Position numbers and translations under genes: made by a program. From contig OZ024740.1 of assembly GCA_964016885.1 (NCBI GenBank), positions 434,372,001-434,436,000 of the forward strand: a stretch of 64,000 bases of DNA. The letters are read 5' to 3'. Numbering within the stretch: the first letter of the stretch is position 1; each line of letters opens with the position of its first letter. The notes beneath the pieces are model-generated. The model saw only the letters and a program-made list of their open reading frames with translations. It was not told the DNA's origin and searched no databases. The DNA comes from Eledone cirrhosa. Lineage: Eukaryota. This document shows positions 52,401 through 64,000 of the stretch, one piece after another.

Positions 52401-55400
52401 TCTCTCCTACACACCAGTTTCTCCATATACCAACACAGTCTTCTCCCCTACACACCAGTTTCTCCATATGCCAACAGTCTTCTCTCCTACACACCAGTTT
52501 CTCCATATACCAACAGTCTTCTCTCCTACACACCAGTTTCTGCATATACCAACAGTCTTCTCTCCTACACACCAGTTTCTCCATATACCAACAGTCTTCT
52601 CTCCTACACACCAGTTTCTCCATATACCAACAGTCTTCTCTCCTACACACCAGTTTCTCCATATACCAACAGTCTTCTCTCCTACACACCAGTTTCTCCA
52701 TATACCAACAGTCTTCTCTCCTACACACCAGTTTCTCCATATACCAACACAGTCTTCTCTCCTACACACCAGTTTCTCCATATACCAACACAGTCTTCTC
52801 CCCTACACACCAGTTTCTCCATATGCCAACAGTCTTCTCTCCTACACACCAGTTTCTCCATATACCAACAGTCTTCTCTCCTACACACCAGTTTCTGCAT
52901 ATACCAACAGTCTTCTCTCCTACACACCAGTTTCTCCATATACCAACAGTCTTCTCTCCTACACACCAGTTTCTCCATATACCAACAGTCTTCTCTCCTA
53001 CACACCAGTTTCTCCATATACCAACAGTCTTCTCTCCTACACACCAGTTTCTCCATATACCAACAGTCTTCTCTCCTACACACCAGTTTCTCCATATACC
53101 AACACAGTCTTCTCTCCTACACACCAGTTTCTCCATATACCAACAGTCTTCTCTCCTACACACCAGTTTCTCCATATACCAACAGTCTTCTCTCCTACAC
53201 ACCAGTTTCTCCATATACCAACAGTCTTCTCTCCTACACACCAGTCTCTCCATATACCAACAGTCTTCTCCCCTACACACCAGTTTCTCCATATACCAAC
53301 AGTCTTCTCTCCTACACACCAGTTTCTTCATATACCAACACAGTCTTCTCCCCTACACACCAGTTTCTGCATATACCAACAGTCTTCTCTCCTACACACC
53401 AGTTTCTCCATATACCAACAGTCTTCTCTCCTACACACCAGTTTCTCCATATACCAACAGTCTTCTCTCCTACACACCAGTTTCTCCATATACCAACAAT
53501 CTTCTCTCCTACACACCAGTTTCTCCATATACCAACAGTCTTCTCTCCTACACACCAGTTTCTCCATATACCAACAGTCTTCTCCCCAACACACCAGATT
53601 CTCCATATACCAACAGTCTTCTCCCCTACACACCAGATTCTCCATATACCAACAGTCTTCTCCCCTACACACCAGTTTCTCCATATACCAACAGTCTTCT
53701 CCCCTACACATCAATTTCTCCATGTACCAACAGTCTTCTCTCCTACACACCAGTTTCTCCATATACCAACAGTCTTCTCCCCTACACACCAGTTTCTCCA
53801 TATACCAACAGTCTTCTCTCCTACACACCAGTTTCTTCATATACCAACACAGTCTTCTCTCCTACACACCAGTTTCTCCATATACCAACACAGTCTTCTC
53901 TCCTACACACCAGTTTCTCCATATACCAACAGTCTTCTCTCCTACACACCAGTTTCTCCATATACCAACAGTCTTCTCTCCTACACACCAGTTCCTCCAT
54001 ATACCAACAGTCTTCTCTCCTACACACCAGTTTCTCCATATACCAACACAGTCTTCTCTCCTACACACCAGTTTCTCCATATACCAACACAGTCTTCTCT
54101 CCTACACACCAGTTTCTCCATATACCAACAGTCTTCTCTCCTACACACCAGTTCCTCCATATACCAACACAGTCTTCTCTCCTACACACCAGTTTCTCCA
54201 TATACCAACAGTCTTCTCTCCTACACACCAATTTCTCCATATACCAACATAGTCTTCTCCCCTATACACCAGTTTCTCCATATACCAACAGTCTTCTCTC
54301 CTACACACCAGTTTCTCCATATACCAACAGTCTTCTCTCCTACACACCAGTTTCTCCATATACCAACAGTCTTCTCTCCTACACACCAGTTTCTCCATAT
54401 ACCAACAGTCTTCTCTCCTACACACCAGTTTCTCCATATACCAACAGTCTTCTCTCCTACACACCAGTTTCTCCATATACCAACAGTCTTCTCTCCTACA
54501 CACCAGTTTCTCCATATACCAACAATCTTCTCTCCTACACACCAGTTTCTCCATATACCAACAGTCTTCTCTCCTACACACCAGTTTCTCCATATACCAA
54601 CAGTCTTCTCCCCAACACACCAGATTCTCCATATACCAACAGTCTTCTCCCCTACACACCAGATTCTCCATATACCAACAGTCTTCTCCCCTACACACCA
54701 GTTTCTCCATATACCAACAGTCTTCTCCCCTACACACCAGTTTCTCCATATACCAACAGTCTTCTCCCCTACACATCAATTTCTCCATGTACCAACAGTC
54801 TTCTCTCCTACACACCAGTTTCTCCATATACCAACAGTCTTCTCCCCTACACACCAGTTTCTCCATATACCAACAGTCTTCTCTCCTACACACCAGTTTC
54901 TTCATATACCAACACAGTCTTCTCTCCTACACACCAGTTTCTCCATATACCAACACAGTCTTCTCTCCTACACACCAGTTTCTCCATATACCAACAGTCT
55001 TCTCTCCTACACACCAGTTTCTCCATATACCAACAGTCTTCTCTCCTACACACCAGTTTCTCCATATACCAACACAGTCTTCTCTCCTACACACCAGTTT
55101 CTCCATATACCAACAGTCTTCTCTCCTACACACCAGTTTCTCCATATACCAACAGTCTTCTCTCCTACACACCAGTCTCTCCATATACCAACAGTCTTCT
55201 CCCCTACACACCAGTTTCTCCATATACCAACAGTCTTCTCTCCTACACACCAGTTTCTTCATATACCAACACAGTCTTCTCCCCTACACACCAGTTTCTC
55301 CATATACCAACAGTCTTCTCTCCTACACACCAGTTTCTCCATATACCAACAGTCTTCTCTCCTACACACCAGTTTCTCCATATACCAACAGTCTTCTCTC

Positions 55401-58400
55401 CTACACACCAGTTTCTCCATATACCAACAATCTTCTCTCCTACACACCAGTTTCTCCATATACCAACAGTCTTCTCTCCTACACACCAGTTTCTCCATAT
55501 ACCAACAGTCTTCTCCCCAACACACCAGATTCTCCATATACCAACAGTCTTCTCCCCTACACACCAGATTCTCCATATACCAACAGTCTTCTCCCCTACA
55601 CACCAGTTTCTCCATATACCAACAGTCTTCTCCCCTACACACCAGTTTCTCCATATACCAACAGTCTTCTCCCCTACACATCAATTTCTCCATGTACCAA
55701 CAGTCTTCTCTCCTACACACCAGTTTCTCCATATACCAACAGTCTTCTCCCCTACACACCAGTTTCTTCATATACCAACACAGTCTTCTCTCCTACACAC
55801 CAGTTTCTTCATATACCAACACAGTCTTCTCTCCTACACACCAGTTTCTCCATATACCAACACAGTCTTCTCTCCTACACACCAGTTTCTCCATATACCA
55901 ACAGTCTTCTCTCTTACACACCAGTTTCTCCATATACCAACACAGTCTTCTCTCCTACACACCAGTTTCTCCATATACCAACACAGTCTTCTCTCCTACA
56001 CACCAGTTTCTTCATATACCAACACAGTCTTCTCTCCTACACACCAGTTTCTCCATATACCAACAGTCTTCTCCCCTACACACCAGTTTCTCCATATACC
56101 AACAGTCTTCTCCCCTACACACCAGTTTCTCCATATACCAACAGTCTTCTCTCCTACACACCAGTTTCATCATATACCAACACAGTCTTCTCTCCTACAC
56201 ACCAGTTTCTGCATATACCAACAGTCTTCTCTCCTACACACCAGTTTCTCCATATACCAACAGTCTTCTCTCCTACACACCAGTTTCTCCATATACCAAC
56301 AGTCTTCTCTCCTACACACCAGTTTCTCCATATACCAACAGTCTTCTCTCCTACACACCAGTTTCTCCATATACCAACAGTCTTCTCTCCTACACACCAG
56401 TTTCTCCATATACCAACAGTCTTCTCTCCTACACACCAGTTTCTCCATATACCAACACAGTCTTCTCCCCTACACACCTGTTTCTCCATATACCAACAGT
56501 CTTCTCTCCTACACACCAGTTTCTCCATATACCAACAGTCTTCTCTCCTACACACCAGTTTCTCCATATACCAACAGTCTTCTCTCCTACACACCAGTCT
56601 CTCCATATACCAACAGTCTTCTCCCCTACACACCAGTTTCTCCATATACCAACAGTCTTCTCTCCTACACACCAGTTTCTTCATATACCAACACAGTCTT
56701 CTCTCCTACACACCAGTTTCTCCATATACCAACACAGTCTTCTCTCCTACACACCAGTTTCTCCATATACCAACAGTCTTCTCTCCTACACACCAGTTTC
56801 TCCATATACCAACAGTCTTCTCCCCTACACACCAGTTTCTCCATATACCAACAGTCTTCTCCCCTACACATCAATTTCTCCATATACCAACAGTCTTCTC
56901 TCCTACACACCAGTTTCTCCATATACCAACAGTCTTCTCCCCTACACACCAGTTTCTCCATATACCAACAGTCTTCTCTCCTACACACCAGTTTCTTCAT
57001 ATACCAACACAGTCTTCTCTCCTACACACCAGTTTCTCCATATACCAACACAGTCTTCTCTCCTACACACCAGTTTCTCCATATACCAACAGTCTTCTCT
57101 CCTACACACCAGTTTCTCCATATACCAACAGTCTTCTCTCCTACACACCAGTTCCTCCATATACCAACAGTCTTCTCTCCTACACACCAGTTTCTCCATA
57201 TACCAACACAGTCTTCTCTCCTACACACCAGTTTCTCCATATACCAACACAGTCTTCTCTCCTACACACCAGTTTCTCCATATACCAACAGTCTTCTCTC
57301 CTACACACCAGTTCCTCCATATACCAACACAGTCTTCTCTCCTACACACCAGTTTCTCCATATACCAACAGTCTTCTCTCCTACACACCAGTTTCTCCAT
57401 ATACCAACACAGTCTTCTCCCCTACACACCAGTTTCTCCATATACCAACAGTCTTCTCTCCTACACACCAGTTTCTCCATATACCAACAGTCTTCTCTCC
57501 TACACACCAGTTTCTCCATATACCAACAGTCTTCTCTCCTACACACCAGTTTCTCCATATACCAACAGTCTTCTCCCCTACACACCAGTTTCTCCATATA
57601 CCAACACAGTCTTCTCTCCTACACACCAGTTTCTCCATATACCAACACAGTCTTCTCTCCTACACACCAGTTTCTCCATATACCAACACAGTCTTCTCCC
57701 CTACACACCACTTTCTCCATATACCAACACAGTCTTCTCTCCTACACACCAGTTTCTCCATATACCAACACAGTCTCCTCTCCTACACACCAGTTTCTCC
57801 ATATACCAACACAGTCTTCTCCCCTACACACCAGTTTCTCCATATACCAACACAGTCTTCTCTCCTACACACCAGTTTCTCCATATACCAACAGTCTTCT
57901 CTCCTACACACCAGTTCCTCCATATACCAACACAGTCTTCTCTCTACACACCAGTTTCTCCATATACCAACAGTCTTCTCTCCTACATACAAGTTTCTTC
58001 ATATACCAACAGTCTTCTCTCCTACACACCAGTTTCTCCATATACCAACAGTCTTCTCTCCTACACAGCAGTTTCTCCATATACCAACACAGTCTTCTCC
58101 CCTACACACCAGTTTCTCCATATACCAACAGTCTTCTCTCCTACACACCAGTTTCTGCATATACAACAGTCTTCTCTCCTACACACCAGTTTCTCATATA
58201 CCAACAGTCTTCTCCCCTACACACCAGTTTCTCCATATACCAACAGTCTTCTCTCCTACACACCAGTTCCTCCATATACCAACACAGTCTTCTCTCCTAC
58301 ACACCAGTTCCTCCATATACCAACAGTCTTCTCTCTACACACCAGTTTCTCCATATACCAACACAGTCTTCTCTCCTACACACCTGTTTCTCCATATACC

Positions 58401-60692
58401 AACAGTCTTCTCTCCTACACACCAGTTCCTCCATATACCAACACAGTCTTCTCTCCTACACACCAGTTTCTCCATATACCACACAGTCTTCTCTCCTACA
58501 CACCAGTTTCTCCATATACCAACACAGTCTTCTCCCCTACACACCAGTTTCTCCATATGCCAACAGTCTTCTCTCCTACACACCAGTTTCTCCATATACC
58601 AACAGTCTTCTCTCCTACACACCAGTTTCTGCATATACCAACAGTCTTCTCTCCTACACACCAGTTTCTCCATATACCAACAGTCTTCTCTCCTACACAC
58701 CAGTTTCTCCATATACCAACAGTCTTCTCTCCTACACACCAGTTTCTCCATATACCAACAGTCTTCCTCTCCTACACACCAGTTTCTCCATATACCAACA
58801 GTCTTCTCTCCTACACACCAGTTTCTCCATATACCAACACAGTCTTCTCTCCTACACACCAGTTTCTCCATATACCAACACAGTCTTCTCCCCTACACAC
58901 CAGTTTCTCCATATGCCAACAGTCTTCTCTCCTACACACCAGTTTCTCCATATACCAACAGTCTTCTCTCCTACACACCAGTTTCTGCATATACCAACAG
59001 TCTTCTCTCCTACACACCAGTTTCTCCATATACCAACAGTCTTCTCTCCTACACACCAGTTTCTCCATATACCAACAGTCTTCTCTCCTACACACCAGTT
59101 TCTCCATATACCAACAGTCTTCTCTCCTACACACCAGTTTCTCCATATACCAACAGTCTTCTCTCCTACACACCAGTTTCTCCATATACCAACACAGTCT
59201 TCTCTCCTACACACCAGTTTCTCCATATACCAACAGTCTTCTCTCCTACACACCAGTTTCTCCATATACCAACAGTCTTCTCTCCTACACACCAGTTTCT
59301 CCATATACCAACAGTCTTCTCTCCTACACACCAGTCTCTCCATATACCAACAGTCTTCTCCCCTACACACCAGTTTCTCCATATACCAACAGTCTTCTCT
59401 CCTACACACCAGTTTCTTCATATACCAACACAGTCTTCTCCCCTACACACCAGTTTCTGCATATACCAACAGTCTTCTCTCCTACACACCAGTTTCTCCA
59501 TATACCAACAGTCTTCTCTCCTACACACCAGTTTCTCCATATACCAACAGTCTTCTCTCCTACACACCAGTTTCTCCATATACCAACAGTCTTCTCTCCT
59601 ACACACCAGTTTCTCCATATACCAACAGTCTTCTCTCCTACACACCAGTTTCTCCATATACCAACAGTCTTCTCCCCAACACACCAGATTCTCCATATAC
59701 CAACAGTCTTCTCCCCTACACACCAGATTCTCCATATACCAACAGTCTTCTCCCCTACACACCAGTTTCTCCATATACCAACAGTCTTCTCCCCTACACA
59801 CCAGTTTCTCCATATACCAACAGTCTTCTCCCCTACACATCAATTTCTCCATGTACCAACAGTCTTCTCTCCTACACACCAGTTTCTCCATATACCAACA
59901 GTCTTCTCCCCTACACACCAGTTTCTCCATATACCAACAGTCTTCTCTCCTACACACCAGTTTCTTCATATACCAACACAGTCTTCTCTCCTACACACCA
60001 GTTTCTCCATATACCAACACAGTCTTCTCTCCTACACACCAGTTTCTCCATATACCAACAGTCTTCTCTCCTACACACCAGTTTCTCCATATACCAACAG
60101 TCTTCTCTCCTACACACCAGTTCCTCCATATACCAACAGTCTTCTCTCCTACACACCAGTTTCTCCATATACCAACACAGTCTTCTCTCCTACACACCAG
60201 TTTCTCCATATACCAACACAGTCTTCTCTCCTACACACCAGTTTCTCCATATACCAACAGTCTTCTCTCCTACACACCAGTTCCTCCATATACCAACACA
60301 GTCTTCTCTCCTACACACCAGTTTCTCCATATACCAACAGTCTTCTCTCCTACACACCAATTTCTCCATATACCAACATAGTCTTCTCCCCTATACACCA
60401 GTTTCTCCATATACCAACAGTCTTCTCTCCTACACACCAGTTTCTCCATATACCAACAGTCTTCTCTCCTACACACCAGTTTCTCCATATACCAACAGTC
60501 TTCTCTCCTACACACCAGTTTCTCCATATACCAACAGTCTTCTCCCCTACACACCAGTTTCTCCATATACCAACACAGTCTTCTCTCCTACACACCAGTT
60601 CCTCCATATACCAACACAGTCTTCTCTCCTACACACCAGTTCCTCCATATACCAACAGTCTTCTCTCCTACACACCAGTTTCTCCATATACC
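37436..60692. repeat. Satellite D, 39-bp unit with 41-bp (+AC) variant, ~590 copies, with nested higher-order duplications; truncated by gap
   Basis: Consensus CCAGTTTCTCCATATACCAA(CA)CAGTCTTCTC(T/C)CCTACACA. Only 2 G per unit on the + strand. Identical ORF blocks recur at offsets 1379, 2306, 905, 355 and ~6090 bp. Confidence 0.98.
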
Positions 60693-60892
60693 NNNNNNNN
60701 NNNNNNNNNNNNNNNNNNNNNNNNNNNNNNNNNNNNNNNNNNNNNNNNNNNNNNNNNNNNNNNNNNNNNNNNNNNNNNNNNNNNNNNNNNNNNNNNNNNN
60801 NNNNNNNNNNNNNNNNNNNNNNNNNNNNNNNNNNNNNNNNNNNNNNNNNNNNNNNNNNNNNNNNNNNNNNNNNNNNNNNNNNNNNNNNNNNN
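60693..60892. other. Assembly gap (200 N)
   Basis: Run of N. The round size suggests a placeholder, so true distance and orientation across it are uncertain. Confidence 0.99.
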
Positions 60893-62127
60893 AAAGTATG
60901 GGTGCATAAAAAATGTAGTGGGATCACAGGTAAGCTAACTAAGAACATAGATTTTACATGTGGCCGGTGCTCTGGTGCAATAAGTAGCAGCAAGTGCCCA
61001 CAAAATACTAGCTCCTTCAACTGCGCAGAGGGTTCTATAGAAATAGTGGACAGCTTCCGTTACCTGGGTGACAAAATCAGCAGTGGGGGAGGGTGCTCTG
61101 AAAGTACAGTAGCTAGAGTCAGAACTGGATGGAAAAAGTTCAGAGAGCTTATACCACTATTAGCCGCTAGAGGATTCTCCCTAAAAATGAAAGGCAGGTT
61201 ATACGATGCCTGCATACGAACAGCAATGCTGCATGGCAGTGAGACCTGGGCATTGTGTGCAGAGGATATACGCAGACTAGAGAGGAACGAAGCTTGCATG
61301 CTCCGCTGGATGTGCAATAGTAATATACGTGAACGGCAAAGCATAAACGAACTAAGGAAAAAATTAGAAATAAGAGGGATCAGATGTTGTTTACTCGAGA
61401 GAAGGCTACGTTGGTACGGTCACGTGATGCGCATGAAAGACGACAGCTGTATAACAAAGTGCAGGGCAATAAAGATAGACGGTAGCCACGGAGTAGGCAG
61501 ACCCAGAAAAACATGGGACGAGCTGATAAATTCCGACCTCACCCGCTTACACCTCTCCAAGACAATGTCACTGGACCGAGACCTTTGGCGGTACTCAGTA
61601 ATAGAGAAGACCCGCCTTACCTAAATACAAAGTAAAAACCTACTACAGTCAGTAGGCATCTCTATCAAAACACCCCCCGTCCCACCACCTCCACCCCATC
61701 CACACCGCTCCTTCCAATGTAAAGTTATGTTGGTCCCACAACATCCAGGCCGAAACAAATGAGATCGTGTAGGTGTCACGACAAAAAAACACACAATCCA
61801 CGCTGTAAATGTGGCCGTGTAGGCAACACGGTAAAAACCTCCCAGCCCCACACTGTAAATGTGGTTGGTGTTAGGAAGGGCATCCAGCTGTAGAAAACCC
61901 GCCAGACAGTCCACGCTGTAATGTGGCCGTGTAGGCAACACAGTAAAAACCTCCCAGCCCCACACTGTAAATGTGGTTGGTGTTAGGAAGGGCATCCAAC
62001 TGTAGAAAACCCGCCAGACAGTCCTATGCGACCAAGACAACCACTCTTGCCTCAAGTGGGAAAACCCCTGTCCAAACCCATGCAAGCGTGGAACACGGAC
62101 GCTAAACCTGATGATGATGATGATGAT
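60893..62127 (+). mobile_element. RTE-clade LINE 3' portion (ORF open to stop at 61624, 3' UTR, (GAT)n tail); 5' part lost in gap
   Basis: WVHKKCSG..CGRC..IEIVDSFRYLGDKI..LHGSETW..RRLRWYGHVMRM..GRPRKTW with no stops or frameshifts. Highly similar to the minus-strand copy at 36217-37370. Confidence 0.95.
61798..62023. repeat. 113-bp tandem duplication in the RTE 3' UTR
   Basis: CCACGCTGTAA..GGAAGGGCATCCA(G/A)CTGTAGAAAACCCGCCAGACAGT starts at 61798 and 61911. Confidence 0.9.
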
Positions 62128-62290
62128 ATATATACACATACATATATATATATATACACACATACATATATATATACACACATATATATATATATACACA
62201 CACATACATATATATATACACACATATATATATATACACACACATATATATATATATATACACACATATATATATATATATATACACACA

Positions 62291-62324
<34 letters not shown>

Positions 62325-62342
62325 CATATATATATACACACA

Positions 62343-62376
<34 letters not shown>

Positions 62377-62397
62377 CATATATATATACACACATAC

Positions 62398-62428
<31 letters not shown>

Positions 62429-62603
62429 CATATATATATACACACATACATATATACACACATACATATATATATATATACATATACACACATACATATA
62501 TACATATATATATACACACATACATATATACATATATATATACACACATACATATATACATATATACACACATACATATACACATATATATATACACACA
62601 TAC

Positions 62604-62634
<31 letters not shown>

Positions 62635-62661
62635 CACACATACATATATATATATATATAT
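62126..62661. repeat. Compound (TA)n/(CA)n microsatellite
   Basis: Directly visible. Confidence 0.96.
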
Positions 62662-62700
62662 GATGGCTGCCCCCTCGTTATCGAGTATGGCCATTGCACA
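62662..62700 (-). mobile_element. 39-bp isolated RTE/BovB-like 3'-terminal stem-loop
   Basis: Minus strand TGTGCAATGGCCATACTCGATAACGAGGGGGCAGCCATC(AT)n: CTCG-ATAA-CGAG hairpin inside an ATGGC/GCCAT stem. It resembles RTE-BovB-type 3' ends from memory, not from a search. Confidence 0.45.
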
Positions 62701-62712
62701 AGAAAAAAAAAA

Positions 62713-62772
<60 letters not shown>

Positions 62773-62803
62773 AAAAGAAAAGAAATATATATATATATAT
62801 ATA
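62701..62803. repeat. A-rich simple repeats: poly(A), (TAA)n, (TAAA)n, (TA)n
   Basis: Directly visible. Confidence 0.93.
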
Positions 62804-62846
62804 TACAATATTAAATAAATGGAAACTATATTTATAAAACCATATT

Positions 62847-62912
62847 TATTTCATTATATATATTTCGGGGATATCATATTAACAATATGCTATGCCTTCC
62901 TCAGACAAAATA
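62847..62912 (-). ncRNA. Minimal type I hammerhead ribozyme (mirror copy)
   Basis: Exact reverse complement of 62964-63029. Confidence 0.65.
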
Positions 62913-62963
62913 CAATATAAACAGTTTTATAGAATCTATTTATCTATAAAACTGTTTATATTG

Positions 62964-63029
62964 TATTTTGTCTGAGGAAGGCATAGCATATTGTTAATAT
63001 GATATCCCCGAAATATATATAATGAAATA
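62964..63029 (+). ncRNA. Minimal type I hammerhead ribozyme
   Basis: Stem I TATTTTGT (62964-71) / ATGAAATA (63022-29). Core CTGAGGA (62972-78) plus an extra A. Imperfect stem II GGCATAGCATATT-GTT-AATATGATATCCCC. GAAA at 63010-13. Self-complementary stem III ATATATAT. UA cleavage site predicted after 63021. Confidence 0.65.
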
Positions 63030-63159
63030 AATATGGTTTTATAAATATAGTTTCCATTTATTTAATATTGTAAATATACTCCAAATATTTGTCGAGTGCT
63101 TTTATATCAGTTATAAATATTTACTAGTTGTAACCCAACAATTTTAAATATAACTTTCC

Positions 63160-63206
<47 letters not shown>

Positions 63207-63386
63207 TATATACATACATACATACATATATACATACACACATACATACACATACACTCACACATATACACACACATACATTAATAACAATAATAATAAT
63301 AATAATAGCAATAATAATAATAACGACAACAACAATAATAATATACATATTCATATATATATACACACACACGCACGCACATAAGC

Positions 63387-63424
<38 letters not shown>
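63160..63424. repeat. Compound microsatellite (TA)n/(TACA)n/(AAT)n/(CA)n
   Basis: Directly visible. (AC)n at 63393-63424 abuts the 3' end of the next LINE. Confidence 0.94.
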
Positions 63425-63426
<2 letters not shown>

Positions 63427-64000
63427 TAGCAACTAACAGTGCTGCGATCGAATGTGGCTTTTTAGCCCAGCCAATGATCTAAAATGTCTTGCACAGAGTC
63501 GGCAACCAAAACATTCACTGGGAATAGTCGGCTGTGGTTGGAGTTTGTGTACTTTTGCATGTCGCTTGAGCCCTCCTGCTGATTTACATTCTCTACCACA
63601 TGTTTGGCAAGCATGATGGGTAGCATCTCCAACTGCAGCCTGGTAGTCAACCACTGGTCTTACTTTATGACTGCGAAGATGACTTTCGAGTCCAGCTTTG
63701 CTTAGGCAGAGTCTCGCACAGACGCTGCATGTCAGCACCATAGGAGGACCCTCGCCGTCTGGAAGTGCAACAGCAATGCCCTTCCTCACGTCCCGCTTTA
63801 CATTCTCGTGTGCGATTCGAGATGCCTCAAAGGCAACTTTTCCCTCATATACAGTCTTTCTCCATTTATTACGATCAGCAGCAATATTTTCCCATGTATC
63901 AGTAGAGATGTTAGCGTCTTTCAGAGAGGCTTTCAAGGAATCCTTATACCTCTTTTTTGGTTTATGTGGCGGTCGTTTTCCTTTAACCAACTCTCCATAG
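63425..64000 (-). mobile_element. RTE (BovB-like) LINE ORF C-terminus with three C2H2-type zinc fingers; runs off window end
   Basis: YGELVKGKRPPHKPKKRYKDSLKASLK..TWENIAADRNKWRKTVYEG..FE is the RTE-BovB-type C-terminal signature. It is followed by three CxxC-x12-H fingers. Stop at 63435-63433. Confidence 0.9.

Larger units (their letters stand above)
62804..63160. mobile_element. Penelope-like element terminal remnant: perfect palindrome (arms 62804-62933 / 62943-63072) plus ~90-bp extension, flanked by (TA)n
   Basis: The two 130-bp arms are exact reverse complements around a 9-nt spacer, and each carries a hammerhead motif. Inverted pLTR ends with minimal hammerheads are the known PLE hallmark. 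No PLE ORF is present. Confidence 0.7.

Noticed and set aside
992-60692. CRISPR-like arrays (27-39-bp repeats, partly palindromic)
   Set aside because: Units are contiguous with no unique spacers, there are no cas genes, and the context is eukaryotic.
40188-61624. Giant ORFs of 1580-4380 aa, including an apparent fusion to RT
   Set aside because: The G-poor 39-bp unit lacks stops in all + frames, and the 41-bp variants shift frame freely. The fusion to the LINE ORF is read through the N gap.
61621-63372. Tyr/Ile/His-rich ORFs
   Set aside because: Translations of (TA)n/(CA)n/(TAA)n microsatellites.
1-64000. Telomeric or centromeric identity of the arrays
   Set aside because: No TTAGGG-type repeats. 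Centromere function cannot be inferred from sequence, and the exon argues for an intronic location.

Overview
Eukaryotic (animal) genomic DNA, about 88% tandem satellite. The repeat landscape of RTE LINEs and dense (TA)n/(CA)n tracts is reminiscent of cephalopod/mollusc genomes, but the taxon is only my inference. Four large unidirectional arrays dominate: 84-bp (1-992), 37/38-bp (992-29320), 27-bp (29318-33230) and 39/41-bp (37436-60692, ending at a 200-N gap). Almost all long ORFs in the track are read-throughs of these repeats, not genes. The ORF track misses one host exon: 91 nt on the + strand (33314-33404) with good splice sites, encoding the C-terminal half of a WW domain. This implies the ~33 kb of satellite upstream is intronic. 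The rest is a retroelement graveyard. It holds several RTE-clade LINE fragments (one with a PHD-like finger inside the RT region, one with three C-terminal C2H2 fingers) and short elements sitting in (TA)n. It also holds a perfect 130-bp-arm palindrome (62804-63072) carrying a minimal type I hammerhead ribozyme in each arm, typical of Penelope-like element ends. No prokaryotic genes, CRISPR arrays, rRNA or tRNA were seen.
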